This document shows positions 60,491-64,000 of a stretch of DNA of 64,000 bases, piece after piece (position 1 is the first letter of the stretch; every line of letters begins with the position of its first letter). Under the pieces are notes generated by a model. It was given only the letters and a program-made list of their open reading frames with translations, ran no database searches and had not been told where the DNA came from. The translations under genes were made by a program, and so were the position numbers. Origin of the DNA: an uncultured delta proteobacterium (lineage in GTDB: Bacteria; Desulfobacterota; Binatia; UBA9968); contig CAVTUQ010000025.1 in assembly GCA_963737905.1 (NCBI GenBank), positions 32,001 through 96,000 of the forward strand, in the 5' to 3' direction.

Positions 60491-60694
60491 CCGTATGCCT
60501 CAATGAACGTATCGTTCGATTGCTCTTTGAAATGATTGACAGTCCTTTTGCCCGTGATATTGGTCTCCTAGGCACAGGCCAATAAGAAACGGTGCCCGCG
60601 ATGCAAGATCGCGTAAAGCGCAAGCGAACCACGATCGCTATCGCCCTTTTCACTGTAAAAGTCTGATGGCCGGAACGAGGGAGGAAAAGAAAAC

Positions 60695-62326
60695 GTGGTA
60701 GAGAAAGCACTCGTGGTGCAGGGTGGAAAACTGATCGACGGCACGGGGCGGCCTCCGGTCGAGAATTCCGTCATCGTTATCCAGGCAGGCAGGTTCCAAG
60801 CGGTCGGCAGGAGCGGGGACGTCTCTATTCCTGCCGACGCGCAGGTGATTGATGTCAAGGGCAAGACCGTTCTGCCGGGCTTCATCGACGGCCACGGCCA
60901 CCTGGAGGATTTCCACGGAGAGCTCTATCTGCATCTGGGAATTACGACCTGCGCCTCGATCGAAACCTCCCAGGACGGCCCATGGACCCTCGCTCAAAAA
61001 CAGGGCACCGACTTGGGAAAAATTCGCGGGCCGCGGATATGGATGTCCGGCCGGGCAGTCGGCGGCGTCAGCACCGGGCACGATGCACCCAGCTCGAGAA
61101 CAGTCCGCGGCAACATCATCGTCACAACGCCGCAAGAGGCGCGAAAAACGGTGCAGCGGAAAAAGGAACTCGGATGCGACATCCTCAAAGTCAATGAGTT
61201 TCTTTCCATGGAGCTGCTCAAGGTCGCCGTCGATGAAGCTCATCGGTTGGGCATGCCGGTAGCCGCGCACAGTTGGGACGTCATCGGCTCCGTCAACGCG
61301 GGCGTCGACTCGATCGAGCACATCTGGTCGGTCGGCTACAGCTCCATCCCCTATGCACCGGCCCGGCGCAAGCTGGCCGAAGACCGGCTGGGAGGAAGGA
61401 TCGACCAGGAGATCGCCGGGTCCTATTACCAAACCGAAAATTACGACCGGGTGATCGGCGCGATGGTGGAGCATCGCGTCGCGTGGACCCCGACCATTGC
61501 CAAATGGCTCCGTCCGCTTTCGCCCAGCGCCGAGCGCTTCAGAAAAAGAGCGAACGAAATCTTGAACGACCCGAATGCCGATCTCCCCGCGGCGGTCCGC
61601 GCGGTGAGCGAAAGCGCCTACGACAAGTTGCTCAAACGTTACACGCCCGAGCAGCTCGAGCGCGCCAAGATCGGCTATGAAAAAGCCAACGAATTCATCC
61701 GCCGTTTCGTCCAGGCGGGCGGGATCCTGAAGGAGGGCTCGGACCCGCCCCGCGGCATGGCGGCGTTGCTGATGCATGAGGCCCTGGCGATGGACGTTGA
61801 AGCCGGGGTAGCGCCGATGACGGCGATCCAAGCGGCCACCTCCAATGTCGCCAGGACTTTCAACAAGGACAAGGACTACGGCAGCGTCGAAGCCGGCAAA
61901 GTCGCGGACCTGTCGATCGTCGAGGGGAACCCGCTGGAGGACATCTGGATGACCCAGAACGTCAAGATGGTCATCATGGACGGGAAGGTCGTCGATATCG
62001 GATTCCAAAAATACAAGAACCCGATTCCGTCGTTCTACTCCTACCAGAGCTTGCCAGCGAACATCGAAATATCCCCCCTCTTTCTCACCCAGGGTTCCGG
62101 TCCCACGGTATTGAAACTATGGGGGGAGGGGATGTGGCCATTCCACCGCGTCATGCTGAATGGCGAGCCGCTACCGACCAGTTTCGTCTCAAGGAACGAG
62201 CTTCAGGCGATCATTTCGCCGGAAGCGATCGCAAAGGTGGGCACGTACATCGTCACGCTCAAGAGCGAAGGAGAAGTTCTGCCCGAGTCCCATCGCGCCC
62301 ATCTCGTGGTGGGCTATAAGCAATAG
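60695..62326 (+). CDS. amidohydrolase (Amidohydro_1) with C-terminal beta-sandwich
   Basis: LPGFIDGHGH, VAAH, SIEH, GSD, GKVADL. Confidence 0.88.
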   Translation: MVEKALVVQGGKLIDGTGRPPVENSVIVIQAGRFQAVGRSGDVSIPADAQVIDVKGKTVLPGFIDGHGHLEDFHGELYLHLGITTCASIETSQDGPWTLAQKQGTDLGKIRGPRIWMSGRAVGGVSTGHDAPSSRTVRGNIIVTTPQEARKTVQRKKELGCDILKVNEFLSMELLKVAVDEAHRLGMPVAAHSWDVIGSVNAGVDSIEHIWSVGYSSIPYAPARRKLAEDRLGGRIDQEIAGSYYQTENYDRVIGAMVEHRVAWTPTIAKWLRPLSPSAERFRKRANEILNDPNADLPAAVRAVSESAYDKLLKRYTPEQLERAKIGYEKANEFIRRFVQAGGILKEGSDPPRGMAALLMHEALAMDVEAGVAPMTAIQAATSNVARTFNKDKDYGSVEAGKVADLSIVEGNPLEDIWMTQNVKMVIMDGKVVDIGFQKYKNPIPSFYSYQSLPANIEISPLFLTQGSGPTVLKLWGEGMWPFHRVMLNGEPLPTSFVSRNELQAIISPEAIAKVGTYIVTLKSEGEVLPESHRAHLVVGYKQ

Positions 62327-62448
62327 CGCACTCCAACCGGGTCGGGGCGCAAGGAAGGCGGCTGGCGAGGGTAACGAAGAGAAAACGAAGTATACTGTCC
62401 CTGGAAATCCTGTTGACTCGTTTTGTACGCCCTTGTACACTTCAGTGC

Positions 62449-62715
62449 ATGAAATTGTCGATCAGTGAAGCACGCAAACGGCTCCCGGAGTTGGTGCGCC
62501 AGGTAAGGAAAGAGGCCGGCGCCAAAGTCGAGATCATGGTGCGTGACGAAGTCGTGGCGGAACTGCGCGCGGCGCTGCCGGAGCCCGAGCCGGGAGCCGC
62601 CGCCAAAAAGCTCGTTGAATTGATGCGCAGGCTTCCCAAACAGAGGGGGAGAAAAACGAACGTATCCGCGCACGTTAAAGAACACCTCTATGGCTCCGGC
62701 GCAAAGAGCCGTTAA
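62449..62715 (+). CDS. Phd/YefM antitoxin
   Basis: SISEARKRLPELV; upstream TTGTAC-N4-TTGTAC. Confidence 0.85.
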   Translation: MKLSISEARKRLPELVRQVRKEAGAKVEIMVRDEVVAELRAALPEPEPGAAAKKLVELMRRLPKQRGRKTNVSAHVKEHLYGSGAKSR

Positions 62716-63131
62716 TGGCGCTCCCAGCCCGTCTGTTCTGTGACACATCTTTCTTTTACGCCTGCTTCGACCAACACGATGTCAACCACGAACGGGCCAA
62801 GCATCTCAGCGAAGAGGCCGCTACCGTAGGCTCCGCGCTCTATGTAACCTGGGATATCATCAGTGAAACAGTGACGCTGCTTCGCTACCGGCGAACCTAC
62901 CGCGAAGCACTAACCTTTCTTACTGAGATTAAGCCTCACCTGCGGATCGTAAATTACGGCGAGACCGTGCGCACAGAAGCGGAACAAATTTTCCGGCGGT
63001 ACGGCCGCGACCATAAACTCTCTTTCTGCGATGCGATATCATTTGTCATTGTAACTACGCTCCTTGATGACGTGCCTTCTCTCGCGTTTGATACGGACTT
63101 CCGCAGCTTGGGGCTCGCCGTCATTCCTTAG
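62715..63131 (+). CDS. vapC: VapC PIN toxin
   Basis: FCDTS, D.NH, SET, SFCDAISF, AFDTDF. Confidence 0.88.
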   Translation: MALPARLFCDTSFFYACFDQHDVNHERAKHLSEEAATVGSALYVTWDIISETVTLLRYRRTYREALTFLTEIKPHLRIVNYGETVRTEAEQIFRRYGRDHKLSFCDAISFVIVTTLLDDVPSLAFDTDFRSLGLAVIP

Positions 63132-63150
63132 TTGCCCCCTGACACATTTG

Positions 63151-63250
63151 GCCCGGTACCGGGTCGCCCAGCGAAAGGCATTGATTTAGGAAAGCAAAAG
63201 TGCAAATAGGCTCGGTTAGCTAACCCCAGTTCAAGGTTCAAGAGTTCAAA
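63151..63250 (+). repeat. boundary element C copy 3
   Basis: CCCGGTACCGGGTCGCCCAGCGAAAGGCATTGATTTAGGAAAG...CCAGTTCAAGGTTCAAG. Confidence 0.75.
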
Positions 63251-63421
63251 GAAAGAGCAACTCGATCGGAACTTCCAAGTTTCAGGAATTGGGACGGAAA
63301 ACGAAACCGCCGCCGTTACCGCGGGCAGCAACAATTGACAAATAGCCTTAAGCGTCCCGCTGTTTGTTTTAAAGGATACGGTTCATTAAGATCTCCACAA
63401 CGATCTCAAGGAGGTGCCAAG

Positions 63422-64000
63422 ATGGTTGCCGCGCGTGCATTGGTATTTTTCGTTTTCATTGTTACCGGCATGGTCGTCGGGCGCTCGTTGCCTCGGAGCG
63501 AAGCGGCGGAGTCGTGGGAGGCTGAGTGGGATAAAACCGTCAAAGCGGCCGAAGAAGAGGGACAAGTCTCGCTTTACATTGCCGGCTACGAGAAAGTGAT
63601 CGACTCAGGAGAATTTCAAAAAGCTTATCCTAAAATCAAAGTGATTAGCGTCACCGGTTCGGGCACGCAACTCAGCAAGCGTATCGCGGCGGAAAGGCGG
63701 GCCGAGAAATATCTCGCCGACGTCTACAACGGGGGCGGCAACTCGCTTTACCAGGTGCTCTTCTTGAACAAAATTCTCGATCCCATCAAGCCCTCCCTGG
63801 TCTTGCCGGAAACTCTCGATACCTCCAAGTGGTGGGAGAACAAACATAAGTACGTCGACAAGGAAGGCGAGTATATTTTCGTGTATGAAGGCAATGTCTC
63901 GGGGGGTGCCAACCCGGGGTTCAACACCCAACAAATAAATCTTGGCGACTTCAAATCCTATTGGGACTTTCTAAGTCCGAAGCTCAAAGGCAAAATCATC
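63422..64000 (+). CDS. ABC solute-binding protein, runs off the window
   Basis: GGAGG RBS; WDKTVKAAEEEG, AERRAEKYLADV; same family as 9705-10802. Confidence 0.8.
   Translation, partial: MVAARALVFFVFIVTGMVVGRSLPRSEAAESWEAEWDKTVKAAEEEGQVSLYIAGYEKVIDSGEFQKAYPKIKVISVTGSGTQLSKRIAAERRAEKYLADVYNGGGNSLYQVLFLNKILDPIKPSLVLPETLDTSKWWENKHKYVDKEGEYIFVYEGNVSGGANPGFNTQQINLGDFKSYWDFLSPKLKGKII

Noticed and set aside
1-64000. tRNA, rRNA, prophage, retron or DGR
   Set aside because: No cloverleaf or rRNA signatures, phage structural genes or reverse transcriptase were recognised.

Overview
GC-rich bacterial chromosome segment. The many stand-alone solute-binding proteins, amidohydrolases and LLM oxidoreductases suggest a Deltaproteobacteria/Binatia-like soil organism (inference only). 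Scattered single-base indels in otherwise intact genes suggest a long-read or metagenomic assembly. There are three zones. (1) 1-26 kb: catabolic and transport genes, a frameshifted IS4, a sigma54 activator with its apparent target (a fasciclin gene), and rlmL. (2) 26.5-42.8 kb (minus strand): a group 1h (high-affinity, actinobacterial-type) [NiFe]-hydrogenase cluster with no hypB and extra YceI-like and muconolactone-isomerase-like genes. An IS110 interrupts it; its non-coding end carries guide-like segments matching both its REP-like target and its own donor junction. (3) 43-64 kb: about 12 intact or remnant type II toxin-antitoxin modules. Seven co-oriented 37-bp palindromes separate the modules between 43.8 and 52 kb, and two paralogs of an unknown membrane-protein gene bracket that stretch. 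A HUH/RAYT-like transposase, an aromatic dioxygenase/decarboxylase set and a second repeated boundary element follow. No rRNA, tRNA or CRISPR array was seen.
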